Of a stretch of DNA of 64,000 bases, positions 56,201 to 64,000 are shown in pieces. The notes under the pieces are model-generated. The model saw nothing but the letters and a program-made list of their open reading frames with translations, made no database searches and was not told the origin of the DNA. The DNA lies in assembly GCA_002070025.1 (NCBI GenBank), contig MWCL01000004.1:2258-66257 (forward strand), read 5' to 3'. Within the stretch, counting starts at the first letter, position 1, and every line of letters starts with the position of its first letter. This DNA comes from Spirochaetes bacterium ADurb.Bin215. GTDB taxonomy: Bacteria > Spirochaetota > Spirochaetia > Treponematales > Treponemataceae. The translations under genes were made by a program, and so were the position numbers.

Positions 56201-57619
56201 CAGGAACGGGGTCTCGCCGGTCGCATAGGTACCTTCAGCGCTGATATGGCCGGTTTCATCATCAGCGTCCAGTGAAAACGCCATAACCGAATCGCTTTCC
56301 GGATTAACAATCATGATTACCGAAGTGTACATCGAATCATGAATGGTGAGGGCCGGAATTATGCCCTCAAATCCTTTACCGGTTCTCTGAATATAGAGAT
56401 CTCCGGAAATTCCGTCTCCTCCGGGAAGTTCAAACCGTCGTATGGACAACAAGCCCTCCGGTACATGATCCCGAAAATTGTACATACCCGTAAAGTCAAA
56501 ATCAATTCTGGGTCCTTTCATACCGACTGCATGCGAATACACAGTTGTATCATCACCGTCAGCCAGAATGGTTACCGTGCCGCCGCCATAGGCTGAATCC
56601 GGCAGACTGGCCTTCATGGAAACCGCGTAGGACGGAACACCTTGTTCATCAAGGGTGAAGTTTGCATTTCCGGTAAGAGTCAGGTTGTCCAGTGATGCCG
56701 GTATATCCAGCGATTCATCAAGCTGTACCCATTTCAGCGGGAACAGCTGGTCGCATTCAAACTCAACGGAAAGAACATTTGTTGCGACTTCCCATTGCAG
56801 GAAAATATCCACCGGCTGCAGATCCTGAACCGAGTTGAGCTGAAGCAACCCATTACGATACGACGTTACCAGCGCGAACCGGGACAACGAAAACTTCCTC
56901 CCGGAAAAAGATTCCATGGTAAAGGTAGCCGAACCGTTTTCGAGATCGGATTCGAGAGATCCATCGACACTGAAACGCGCTCGTATGGGTCCATGCTCCC
57001 GGATACTTTCCCGCTCATAGGCGAGGGCACTGCCCAGATTGAAGGCCAGACCTCCCGAACCGAGGGTAGCCGACCCGGTAGTAATGGTAACCGAGAGATT
57101 TTGCTCGGGATCTGCCCAGATAACCGAGATATTTTTCAAACGAACAAGAATGTCGGCGGACTCCAGCAGTTGTGAAAAAAAAGGGGTTGTCCCTTCCTGC
57201 CCTGAATCTCCTGATGCCCGAAATCGGGCGAGTATTTCCTGATTCTTTTCGGCATCCATCACGATGGTGGCATTCTGTATCGTGATCTCGCGGATTGCCC
57301 GCTCGGGTTTTCCCAGGACAAGATCGAGTATACTGTACCGTATTTCAGTGTCGGAAATACGGGCCAGTTCAGTTCTGTTTATTGCGTCAGTTATGACAAG
57401 ATTCTTGATCCGTATCATCCTGAACAGTGAAGGCGATATTGATTCATAGGAAAAGGAAAGTCCCGTTTCTGTTTCAAGACGGTTCAACAACGAATCGCGG
57501 GCTTTATCCAGAGTAGCATCCAGACGGGCAGACACCGGCCCTGCGAGGAGAAGAACGCCCCCAAGTAGCAGCAATAAAAGGAGTATTTCAACACTGTAGA
57601 CTACCGCAGGACGTTTCAT
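53252..57619 (-). CDS. tamB: TamB-like translocation/assembly module protein (1455 aa)
   Basis: Single N-terminal TM anchor, a very long beta-rich body, and a C-terminal region resembling DUF490 that ends in aromatic residues (LSWKFSY). It lies directly upstream of bamA. Confidence 0.7.
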   Translation of the reverse strand: MKRPAVVYSVEILLLLLLLGGVLLLAGPVSARLDATLDKARDSLLNRLETETGLSFSYESISPSLFRMIRIKNLVITDAINRTELARISDTEIRYSILDLVLGKPERAIREITIQNATIVMDAEKNQEILARFRASGDSGQEGTTPFFSQLLESADILVRLKNISVIWADPEQNLSVTITTGSATLGSGGLAFNLGSALAYERESIREHGPIRARFSVDGSLESDLENGSATFTMESFSGRKFSLSRFALVTSYRNGLLQLNSVQDLQPVDIFLQWEVATNVLSVEFECDQLFPLKWVQLDESLDIPASLDNLTLTGNANFTLDEQGVPSYAVSMKASLPDSAYGGGTVTILADGDDTTVYSHAVGMKGPRIDFDFTGMYNFRDHVPEGLLSIRRFELPGGDGISGDLYIQRTGKGFEGIIPALTIHDSMYTSVIMIVNPESDSVMAFSLDADDETGHISAEGTYATGETPFLDGFLAFDSISVRNSALFVHQILYPEQDDSRESLSNTLDPFGLTTEIFFSSDLSQFSFNCTRLVIASSEKDGLYLLLSAKGNESSLEITDITVSPDRFSVLGNIHADYDREGDIVFDTDFTINTIPYHFNGMYSDRNLSLYGDYSLAVSMFFHPGGGASGVVQMSGLPIPVDPMLLSLSLDSDFRYNQPDGFKMTINQGSVEEIKGMLPLDTRLRFAGSVENTGVFLHELSLYDRYSSVNGTFRLTALNQDGGDRQYEASLDMASPGTGEFYRIAGTMLQSSELFFEANAEITGLPLMRVTPDQGVTNLASLTASVSGTPATLFAAAELSMMNIRLSGSDLAARGAVLLEDGLLTLYDTILSWNGHTFSEVSASLSMESLSAELQGLYKGILDESPVQANLSASFIPVLDEVHHTGFAGLSKIDTFTLSALADGVQWTSIATSKPFPVTLIREPGITAVYAGYDDMITGFLLDDGTVSVQASGDSPVTFTADGKIDKQELSVSVRDVVGKMDKIWPFTNIPYVQFDSGLVTGAFEITGLVTDPEFYGEFSTSDILVYSPGHLVEKFTPEPFVITADGKTLSVKPFLLRSDKSEFSADAIAYFDRWIPNRVELNVDTMPGKQLLVDTENPYFTVEGRASCNLFLSFSKEGIVVRGPVGFDRGSFAIMFSGFMNSNDGDNSSTDVFVDLKLDVGQKVEFRWPSNDFPILRGLIQAEEPVLISYDSSQDTFSLKGFANLKGGELFYIKRSFYLRQGSISFNENQDIFDPMISLRAEIRERDEKGEPVRIILSVENQPLSSFSPVMYSEPPKSSVELMALLGQAASADSTQDTLLRDTIVTASDIFAQMGLFRTVENSVRDVLHLDIFSIRTLLIQNAILQQSMQPAATSREMTFGNYFDNTTVYMGKYFGSAVYADALLHFSYYDPKSAENTDKPMAVYENLLFQPELGLEITTPFFTVRWGVMPDSTETFFIADTSVTLSWKFSY

Positions 57620-57661
57620 GCCAGTATGGTATCATATCAGAAAATGACGTATTATTACATC

Positions 57662-58285
57662 ATGATAGTACGCAATTTTGTGGTTTTCGAGGGCCTTGAC
57701 GGCACCGGCACAACTACGCAACTGAAAGAACTGGAAAAACGTTTCAGGAACGTTAATCGTCCGGTCCATTTTACCGCCGAACCGACCGATCGTGAAACGG
57801 GAAAAATCGTTCGCAAGGTACTCTCCGGATCGGTTGCCGTTGAACCGGAAACACTCGCACGTCTTTTCGCGGCAGACCGCGGAGAACATATGTATGGTAC
57901 TGACGGAATACTGAGCCATCTCGAGTCGGGGAAAGCGGTTTTCACCGACCGGTATGTTTTTTCGAGCCTTGCGTATCAAAGTCTTTCCTGTGACCCCCTT
58001 TTGGTCAAAACCCTCAATGAACCGTTTCCGTTACCGGAATTGCTCTTTTTCTTTGACATTGATCCTGAGCTGGCAATGACCCGGGTTCACACCCGGGGAG
58101 CCGGAAAAGAAATCTTTGAGACTACCGAGTTTCAACAAAGGGTCCGCGATAAATACCGGGAAATACTGGATCACTACGGGACTACCGAACCCGGAATGAC
58201 CATTGTCCGCATCAATGCAGCCGAATCCATTGAAACCATCACCGAAAACATCTGGAGTCTCGTGGAGAATCTGCCGAAACTGTAA
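57662..58285 (+). CDS. tmk: Thymidylate kinase
   Basis: FVVFEGLDGTGTTTQ (P-loop), ...DRYVFSSLAYQ... ATG 57662 is preferred over 57626. Confidence 0.85.
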   Translation: MIVRNFVVFEGLDGTGTTTQLKELEKRFRNVNRPVHFTAEPTDRETGKIVRKVLSGSVAVEPETLARLFAADRGEHMYGTDGILSHLESGKAVFTDRYVFSSLAYQSLSCDPLLVKTLNEPFPLPELLFFFDIDPELAMTRVHTRGAGKEIFETTEFQQRVRDKYREILDHYGTTEPGMTIVRINAAESIETITENIWSLVENLPKL

Positions 58286-58924
58286 GTGATGTTCCGTTCA
58301 GGCGCCAGCGGATGCCGAATAGTCCGCCTCAGTATCGCAATCCTCTTTCTCGCACTCACTGCCCTGCCGGTATTTTCGTATGTTGTGCAATTTAAGGAAC
58401 AGTTTTACCGTCTGTACCACATTCATTATCACCAATACCCGGACGACACCATGGAAAACATCTACTGGCTTGAACGGGCGGTGGAAGCAGATTTTGCGAA
58501 TCCTTTGTATGCCCTGGGTAAAATAACCGACGAGGAAGACTGGGAAAAATACCGCTACCTGTTCATGATGCACCTGAATCTCAAGCTGGTTGAACAGCAT
58601 CTCCGGCTTGGTTCCAAATGGGACAAACAGGTTGCGTATTTCTACAACGCTCCGTGGAAAGAACAGAATATTGAGAGTTTGCAAACCGCCGAAACGTGTT
58701 ACAACGCGGCCCTTCACTACTGGAATGAGGCGAAACTCTGGGCAGAGAAGGCCAATATGCGCAAGTTCCGTTTCCTGTTCCTGACCGACCTCCAATATTG
58801 GGAAGACGAGCGGGAACGCATCGCGACCGGTTCTCTCGACTATGAACGGACAATCGGTCGTGAACTTGCCCGTCTTGAAAAAGTACGTGCCAACTTCCTT
58901 GCCATGGACGAGAATACTTACTAG
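58286..58924 (+). CDS. Exported hypothetical protein
   Basis: Signal/anchor segment (LSIAILFLALTALPVFS), then a helical body rich in Trp, Tyr and Glu. No family recognised. It abuts the tmk stop. Confidence 0.5.
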   Translation: MMFRSGASGCRIVRLSIAILFLALTALPVFSYVVQFKEQFYRLYHIHYHQYPDDTMENIYWLERAVEADFANPLYALGKITDEEDWEKYRYLFMMHLNLKLVEQHLRLGSKWDKQVAYFYNAPWKEQNIESLQTAETCYNAALHYWNEAKLWAEKANMRKFRFLFLTDLQYWEDERERIATGSLDYERTIGRELARLEKVRANFLAMDENTY

Positions 58925-58934
58925 AATACCCCTC

Positions 58935-59996
58935 ATGGAAAACTTCACCATTCCCATTCCCGGCTTTCCGGTTATGGTTTCATTTTATGATCGTGTAACT
59001 GTTCCCGCGCTGGAAAGCGGAAACGGACTCTATGTAGCAGATACCAATACTGCGCCCCTGCTGAAGCAGGCAGACGGATTTAATCCCGAATGTCCGCTGG
59101 TGGTGCTTGAGGCCGGCGAACCGGCTAAAAACCTCCGTTCAATAGAACACATCCTGAAAACCGCGCTGGACGCATCACTGGGACGGGACGGAGTATTTGC
59201 CGGATTCGGCGGCGGAGTCATTACCGACATGACCGCCTTTGCCGCATCCCTGTACATGAGGGGCGCACGCTGCGAACTGGTGCCCACCACCCTGCTCGCC
59301 ATGGCGGATGCAGCAATTGGCGGTAAAACCGGGGTGGACTTTGAAAACTATAAAAACTGCGTAGGAACCTTTTATCCCGCGCAACTTATTCATATCGCCC
59401 CTTCGGTCCTCGCCACGCTTCCGGAACCGGAATACCGTTCGGGCCTCGCCGAGATGGTCAAGACCGCCATGCTCTATGATGCGGAACTTTTGGACCTTCT
59501 CGAAACGAAGCACGCAGAAATCCTCCGCGGAGAACCCTCTTTCCGCTATGAAATGGTGAACCGTTGCGCACGGGCAAAAGCGGGAGTCGTAGAACGTGAT
59601 TTGCGGGAATCCGGAGAACGCATGTTCCTGAACCTTGGGCACACCTTTGGTCATGCCCTTGAAAGCGTTGCCGGATTCGGCACCATTTCCCACGGCGAAG
59701 CGGTTGCCTGGGGAATCGCCCGCGCGTTGGAACTTGGCCTCCGGCTCGGCATCACCGATCCCGGCTATGCTGACCGCATCCGTCGTATTCTCACCGCGTA
59801 CGGCTGGCCGACTGATGCGGTACACCCGCTCATGGCCGAAAGAGGTGCTGCGGACACCGCAGAAAAACTGCTCGCCGCCATGAAGAACGACAAAAAGAAA
59901 AAAGGCGGCGTTGTCCGCTTTGTTCTCCAGCGCACCCTGACTGATACGTTCGTAACGGAAGTTCCGGATTCCGCCGTTCTGGAGATTCTCCGGTGA
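58935..59996 (+). CDS. aroB: 3-dehydroquinate synthase
   Basis: GGGVITDMTAFAASLYMRG...VPTTLLAMADAAIGGKTGV, LNLGHTFGHALE, HGEAVAWG. ATG 58935 is preferred over 58842. Confidence 0.85.
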   Translation: MENFTIPIPGFPVMVSFYDRVTVPALESGNGLYVADTNTAPLLKQADGFNPECPLVVLEAGEPAKNLRSIEHILKTALDASLGRDGVFAGFGGGVITDMTAFAASLYMRGARCELVPTTLLAMADAAIGGKTGVDFENYKNCVGTFYPAQLIHIAPSVLATLPEPEYRSGLAEMVKTAMLYDAELLDLLETKHAEILRGEPSFRYEMVNRCARAKAGVVERDLRESGERMFLNLGHTFGHALESVAGFGTISHGEAVAWGIARALELGLRLGITDPGYADRIRRILTAYGWPTDAVHPLMAERGAADTAEKLLAAMKNDKKKKGGVVRFVLQRTLTDTFVTEVPDSAVLEILR

Positions 59997-61111
59997 GTGT
60001 GTATCTCGACTGGGCGGCAACGTCGCCGCCTGATGAGGCGATTCTCGCCGAAACACTTGAAATTTCGCGGGACCATTTCGGAAATCCCTCGAGCATACAC
60101 CGCAGCGGAGCGGCCGCGGCCGGCATTCTTACCGCCGCGCGAGACCGTTGCGCCGCAGCCCTCAACTGCCCGGCCAATACGCTTTATTTTACTTCAGGGG
60201 GAACCGAGGCGAATCATATTCCCCTACTCTCTCTCCTTACCCGGCCGGTCCGCGGAACTATAGCCATAAGCGCGATCGAACACCCGTCCATCCGGGAACA
60301 GGCCGCCGTTCTTGCCAAATGCGGCTGGAAGGTTGCAACCATTCCGGTTGACCGGGACGGATTCATTACGCCGGAAGCAGTGCTTGCTACCATTGATGAA
60401 GAAACGTCTTTCGTCGCCGTGATGGCGGTAAACAATGAAACAGGTGCCATACAGCCCGTCTCAGAAATCGCAACAGCGCTCACCCGCGTCTGCGCTGGAA
60501 AACGGAAACCTCATTTTCATGTCGACTTTGTACAGGCTGCGGGTAAAATCCCCCTCATGCCGGCTCTCCCCGGCGTGGACTCGGCATCGTTCAGCGCACA
60601 CAAACTCCGCGGGCCCCGGGGAATCGGCCTACTGTATCTTGCCCGCCAAATTGAACCCTTTATCCGTGGCGGCGGACAGGAACGCACGCTCCGGCCGGGA
60701 ACTGAAAATATTGCCGGAGCCCATGCCCTTTCCCGCTGCCTTGAAATGTACGGCCGACCGGGAGAACCGGCCGCCGACCTCGTGACAATTGCCGGAGGCA
60801 TTCCGGGACTATCCGTTATCCCGCAAACCCGTACGGAACACGATCCCCGGTTTTCCCCCTGGATCATCCAGTGCACGAATGACCATCTTCCCGGAGAAGT
60901 ACTGGTACGCATCCTTTCGGATGAAGGAATCTACGTATCAACCGGATCTGCCTGTTCCTCAAAAAAGGGCAACCGTCCGGTTCTGGACGCCATGGGCGTC
61001 TCAAAAACTGCCAGCAAGAACGCGTTCAGGATATCTACCGGACCGGAAACTACCCGGAATGACCTCGAAGAATTTTCAAAAAAACTCGCACAAACACTTG
61101 CGCGCTACTGA
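59993..61111 (+). CDS. Class V aminotransferase / cysteine desulfurase (NifS/NifZ-like)
   Basis: FTSGGTEANH, PLP-binding lysine in SFSAHKLRGPRGIG, catalytic Cys loop STGSACSS. Confidence 0.85.
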   Translation: MSVYLDWAATSPPDEAILAETLEISRDHFGNPSSIHRSGAAAAGILTAARDRCAAALNCPANTLYFTSGGTEANHIPLLSLLTRPVRGTIAISAIEHPSIREQAAVLAKCGWKVATIPVDRDGFITPEAVLATIDEETSFVAVMAVNNETGAIQPVSEIATALTRVCAGKRKPHFHVDFVQAAGKIPLMPALPGVDSASFSAHKLRGPRGIGLLYLARQIEPFIRGGGQERTLRPGTENIAGAHALSRCLEMYGRPGEPAADLVTIAGGIPGLSVIPQTRTEHDPRFSPWIIQCTNDHLPGEVLVRILSDEGIYVSTGSACSSKKGNRPVLDAMGVSKTASKNAFRISTGPETTRNDLEEFSKKLAQTLARY

Positions 61112-61132
61112 GCGCGATATTCAGGAGAACTC

Positions 61133-62311
61133 ATGACTACGAATGAAGCAGTGTACCTCGTCAAGATCGGGGAACTGACCCTCAAGGGCGGTAATATAAA
61201 AGATTTTGAGCAGCGCCTGGTACAGAACGCCCGGCTCTTCCTCGAAGGTAAAAAAACCCGAATATTCCTTCGTGCAGGACGGATGTATATCGAAGGGCCG
61301 CTGTCGTCCGCCCCGGCGATTGAATATACCCTGCGTCACCTTATCGGCATCAGCGGATGGGCTCGTGCCATAATCACTGAAAAAACGATGGACGCAATCA
61401 ATCGTGCGGTGGTATCCGAGGCGGAGCGCCTCCGCGACGACGGACTCAAGACCTTCAAGATTGAAGCCCGCCGGTCGGACAAAACCTTCCCGCTCACCTC
61501 GTATGAAATTGCCCGGGACTCAGGCGAAGCGGTCTATGAAGCGGGAATTCTCGCCGTGGACGTCCACAAACCCGATGCGGTTATAGCGGTGGAAGTACGG
61601 GACCGCTGTTTTGTGTACGGTTCAACCGAAAAAGGCTGCCGCGGACTCCCCTGCGGCACCGGAGGACGAGGACTTCTGCTCCTCTCCGGAGGAATCGACT
61701 CGCCGGTTGCCGGATACCGCATGCTCTACCGGGGCATGAAACTCGACAGCCTCTACTTTCATTCACATCCCTATACATCGCCGGAAGCACAGCAAAAAGT
61801 TGAGAAACTCGCGTCCATTCTCGCGTCCTACGGCCTCGGCATGCACTTTAACTGCGTGCCGTTCACGGCCGTTCAGCAGCGTATCCGCAACAAGGGACCG
61901 GCGCCGTACGCGACACTGCTCCTGCGCATGTGCATGATGCGTACAGCGAACCTTCTTTGCGACCGGATCGGTGCGCAGGCCATTATTACCGGGGAAAGCC
62001 TGGGACAGGTGGCGAGTCAGACCATAGAAAATCTCAGTGTCACCAATTTCCTCGCTGAACGGCCGGTACTCCGTCCGCTCATCGGCATGGACAAACAGGA
62101 AATCATCAATACCGCGATAGATATCGGTACCTACGAGACATCAATTTTACCCTATGAGGATTGTTGTGTGCTTTTTTCACCGAAACACCCGGTGCTCAAG
62201 GCCGACTTGCAGGAAGCGCTGGATATCTATAATGCACTCGATATCGAGGATCTGATACAGGAAGCATTCGAGTCCCGGGAGCACAAACGCTTCGGGTGGT
62301 TGCCGGAATAA
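61133..62311 (+). CDS. thiI: tRNA 4-thiouridine(8) synthase ThiI (short form, no rhodanese domain)
   Basis: THUMP region, then the PP-loop LLLLSGGIDSPVA, ...ITGESLGQVASQT... At 392 aa it ends without a rhodanese module. Confidence 0.85.
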   Translation: MTTNEAVYLVKIGELTLKGGNIKDFEQRLVQNARLFLEGKKTRIFLRAGRMYIEGPLSSAPAIEYTLRHLIGISGWARAIITEKTMDAINRAVVSEAERLRDDGLKTFKIEARRSDKTFPLTSYEIARDSGEAVYEAGILAVDVHKPDAVIAVEVRDRCFVYGSTEKGCRGLPCGTGGRGLLLLSGGIDSPVAGYRMLYRGMKLDSLYFHSHPYTSPEAQQKVEKLASILASYGLGMHFNCVPFTAVQQRIRNKGPAPYATLLLRMCMMRTANLLCDRIGAQAIITGESLGQVASQTIENLSVTNFLAERPVLRPLIGMDKQEIINTAIDIGTYETSILPYEDCCVLFSPKHPVLKADLQEALDIYNALDIEDLIQEAFESREHKRFGWLPE

Positions 62312-62329
62312 TCCAGCGGCTCCAGACTC

Positions 62330-62866
62330 TTACCGGGCATCCCGCTTCTGGACAAGATCACGCAACTCGTCCACCGTGGTACAGGCAATCATCCGAGCAC
62401 GAAACTCATCGTCGTATAAAAATTGACATACCCGGGAAAGCAACTGTAAATGCTGATTGGTCTCCCCGACCGGACCGGCGAGCAGACACACAATCCGGAC
62501 CGGAAGCTCTTCGCCAAAGTCCAGACTACGATCAAGCACCGCTATGACAATTCCGGTTTCACTCACCAGATCGGAATGAATATGCGGAACAGCACATTCA
62601 TGACCGATTGCAGTTGATGAAAGTTCCTCGCGGCTTAATAGACCGTCCAGAAGCTTCTCATGATCCTCTGTACGGCATTTGCTTCCGAGCGCCGGAAGCA
62701 TTGAGGCAAATAGAGACCGGGCATCACCGAACCCGGGATGAAGCAGAAAACCATCCTGACCAATAAAGTCGCATAGTACTGGCAATACACACTCCTTGAA
62801 ACGAAACGGACGGATACCGTCCGTGCAGGTACTAACTACTGTATTGTCAGCTCGGGATTCCGTCAA
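62330..62866 (-). CDS. ptsN: PTS EIIA type-2 domain protein (PtsN / EIIA-Ntr-like)
   Basis: LLSREELSSTAIGHECAVPHIHSDLV...IVCLLAGP...HLQLLSRV, with His in the AVPH motif. The N-terminal boundary is uncertain. Confidence 0.7.
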   Translation of the reverse strand: MTESRADNTVVSTCTDGIRPFRFKECVLPVLCDFIGQDGFLLHPGFGDARSLFASMLPALGSKCRTEDHEKLLDGLLSREELSSTAIGHECAVPHIHSDLVSETGIVIAVLDRSLDFGEELPVRIVCLLAGPVGETNQHLQLLSRVCQFLYDDEFRARMIACTTVDELRDLVQKRDAR

Positions 62867-62894
62867 GATTTTTCGCTTACCCGGGGTTGTTTTG

Positions 62895-62923
62895 TTGACA
62901 GTACCCGGTATTTATTTTATCAT
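62895..62923 (+). promoter_or_regulatory. Near-consensus sigma-70 promoter for the ABC substrate-binding protein gene
   Basis: TTGACA (62895-62900), a 17-nt spacer, then TATCAT (62918-62923). It is followed by the palindrome GTTACTA-N4-TAGTAAC (62931-62948) and the RBS AAGGAG. Confidence 0.55.
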
Positions 62924-62962
62924 CCAAAAAGTTACTACACATAGTAACACAAGGAGAAGAAC

Positions 62963-63964
62963 ATGATACGCAAAATTATTTCGGGACTTGTTTTGTCCCT
63001 CGTAGCCTGCGCGCTGCTCACCGCCGGCGGAGCCGGTGACACCACCGATGATGGAACTACCAGGATCGGAATTTCCAAGATTGTGGCCCATCCTGCACTT
63101 GACGCCGTTGAAAAAGGCGTTCAGGACGAACTTGCCGCGCGCGGCATCACTGCGGTCTACGATCTTCAAAACGCCAATGGCGACGTTAATACCGCTACCC
63201 AGATAGCAACCAAATTCAAGCGTGACAAGGTTGATGTCATCGTCGCAATAGCGACCCCCATGGCTGTTTCTGCCGCAAACAGTGTGCGCGACATTCCTGT
63301 TGTTTTTTCTGTTGTAACTGACCCTGTATCCGCGGGACTTGTGCCCAATCTCTCAAAAGGTGAAGGCAATGTGACCGGCCTTTCCGACAAAACCGACATA
63401 TACGCACACCTTGAGCTTTTCAAACGTATCGCCGGTATCAAGACCCTTGGACACATTTTCACGAGTTCCGAAGCGAACTCCGCCGCAGCTCTTGCGGAAC
63501 TCGAAGACGCCTGCAAGAAGCTCTCGATTGAACTCGTGGTACAGTCCATCAATAATTCCTCCGAAGTCAAACAGGCAACAGAAGCAATTATCCGCCGTGT
63601 AGACGGTATCTATCTCACTACCGATAATACGGTATATTCCGCTCTTCCCGCACTCGTTGAAGTAGCCCTTTCCCAGAAAAAACCGGTGTTCTCCTCGGAC
63701 CCCACCAGCGCCATCGAGGGCGGTTGTGTTATCGCGAGCGGATTCGACTATTACAAGGCAGGACGAGCCACCGGTGTTATGGTAGCTGACATCCTCGGCG
63801 GAAAGAATCCGGATTCCATGCCGACCAAGTTCCTCACCGATCCGTCTGAACAGAATCTGCTTCTTGACCTCGACGCGGCAAAAATTTGCGGAATTACCCT
63901 TCCCGCGGATCTGGTAAAAAGTGCCAATCAAGTAATTGAAAACGGTAAATTGACCACCCGCTAA
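62963..63964 (+). CDS. ABC transporter substrate-binding protein (ABC_sub_bind / TrpX-like family)
   Basis: Lipoprotein-like signal (LVLSLVACALL), IGISKIVAHPALDAVEKGVQDEL, VIVAIATP, and overall resemblance to PF04392-type binding proteins. Confidence 0.7.
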   Translation: MIRKIISGLVLSLVACALLTAGGAGDTTDDGTTRIGISKIVAHPALDAVEKGVQDELAARGITAVYDLQNANGDVNTATQIATKFKRDKVDVIVAIATPMAVSAANSVRDIPVVFSVVTDPVSAGLVPNLSKGEGNVTGLSDKTDIYAHLELFKRIAGIKTLGHIFTSSEANSAAALAELEDACKKLSIELVVQSINNSSEVKQATEAIIRRVDGIYLTTDNTVYSALPALVEVALSQKKPVFSSDPTSAIEGGCVIASGFDYYKAGRATGVMVADILGGKNPDSMPTKFLTDPSEQNLLLDLDAAKICGITLPADLVKSANQVIENGKLTTR

Positions 63965-64000
63965 AAAACGTATACACTGGTGCCCATGATACAGGGCATA

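Noticed and set aside
58298-58957. A 219-aa minus-strand ORF almost exactly mirroring the 58286-58924 hypothetical gene. This raises the question of which strand is coding.
   Set aside because: It is also in the codon-aligned antisense frame. The plus-strand ORF has a signal/anchor sequence, abuts the tmk stop, and runs co-directionally into aroB. The minus-strand ORF would be isolated against the flow of the operon.

Overview
The window is 64 kb of chromosomal DNA at roughly 50% GC. It is almost fully coding, with about 55 genes and one tRNA, and most genes lie on the minus strand. All calls rest on reading the supplied ORF translations for family-specific motifs; no database search was possible.

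The content is core housekeeping. The gene order and several hallmark proteins point to a spirochaete, probably Treponema-like. Those hallmarks are a ~900-aa GreA and a tamB-bamA-skp cluster with no tamA visible in the window.

Main blocks:
- HD-GYP gene (partial) and tRNA-Val.
- A four-gene signalling operon: GAF/sigma-54 activator, TPR membrane protein, CHASE2 adenylate cyclase, lipoprotein.
- rpsA-cmk-rluB-scpB-scpA-folK-recA.
- A divergent prs-like gene.
- A CPA2 antiporter fused to a PTS EIIA(Ntr)-type domain.
- glpK plus a lipase-like hydrolase, then msrBA.
- A solute-binding protein gene coupled to an HD-GYP gene.
- A decayed junction containing an IS remnant, a truncated typA and a dismembered receiver/HD-GYP gene pair.
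- A three-gene envelope operon of unknown function, then rpe.
- A TPR-like gene, giant greA and a vWA protein.
- A long co-directional run: rimP-nusA-infB-rbfA-truB-ribF-rpsO-pnp-M16 peptidase-dut-lptF/G pair-tgt-HEAT protein.
- comFC, mutS, tamB-bamA-skp, tmk, aroB, nifS-like/thiI, ptsN-like, and an ABC substrate-binding protein.

I found no CRISPR array, prophage, intact mobile element or recognisable defence island. There is no compelling evidence for a wholly new system. The most unusual loci are the IS-scarred typA/REC/HD-GYP junction, the possible cAMP-to-sigma-54 operon, the antiporter-EIIA fusion and the uncharacterised envelope operon. Several longest-ORF starts in the track are clearly too far upstream and were trimmed.
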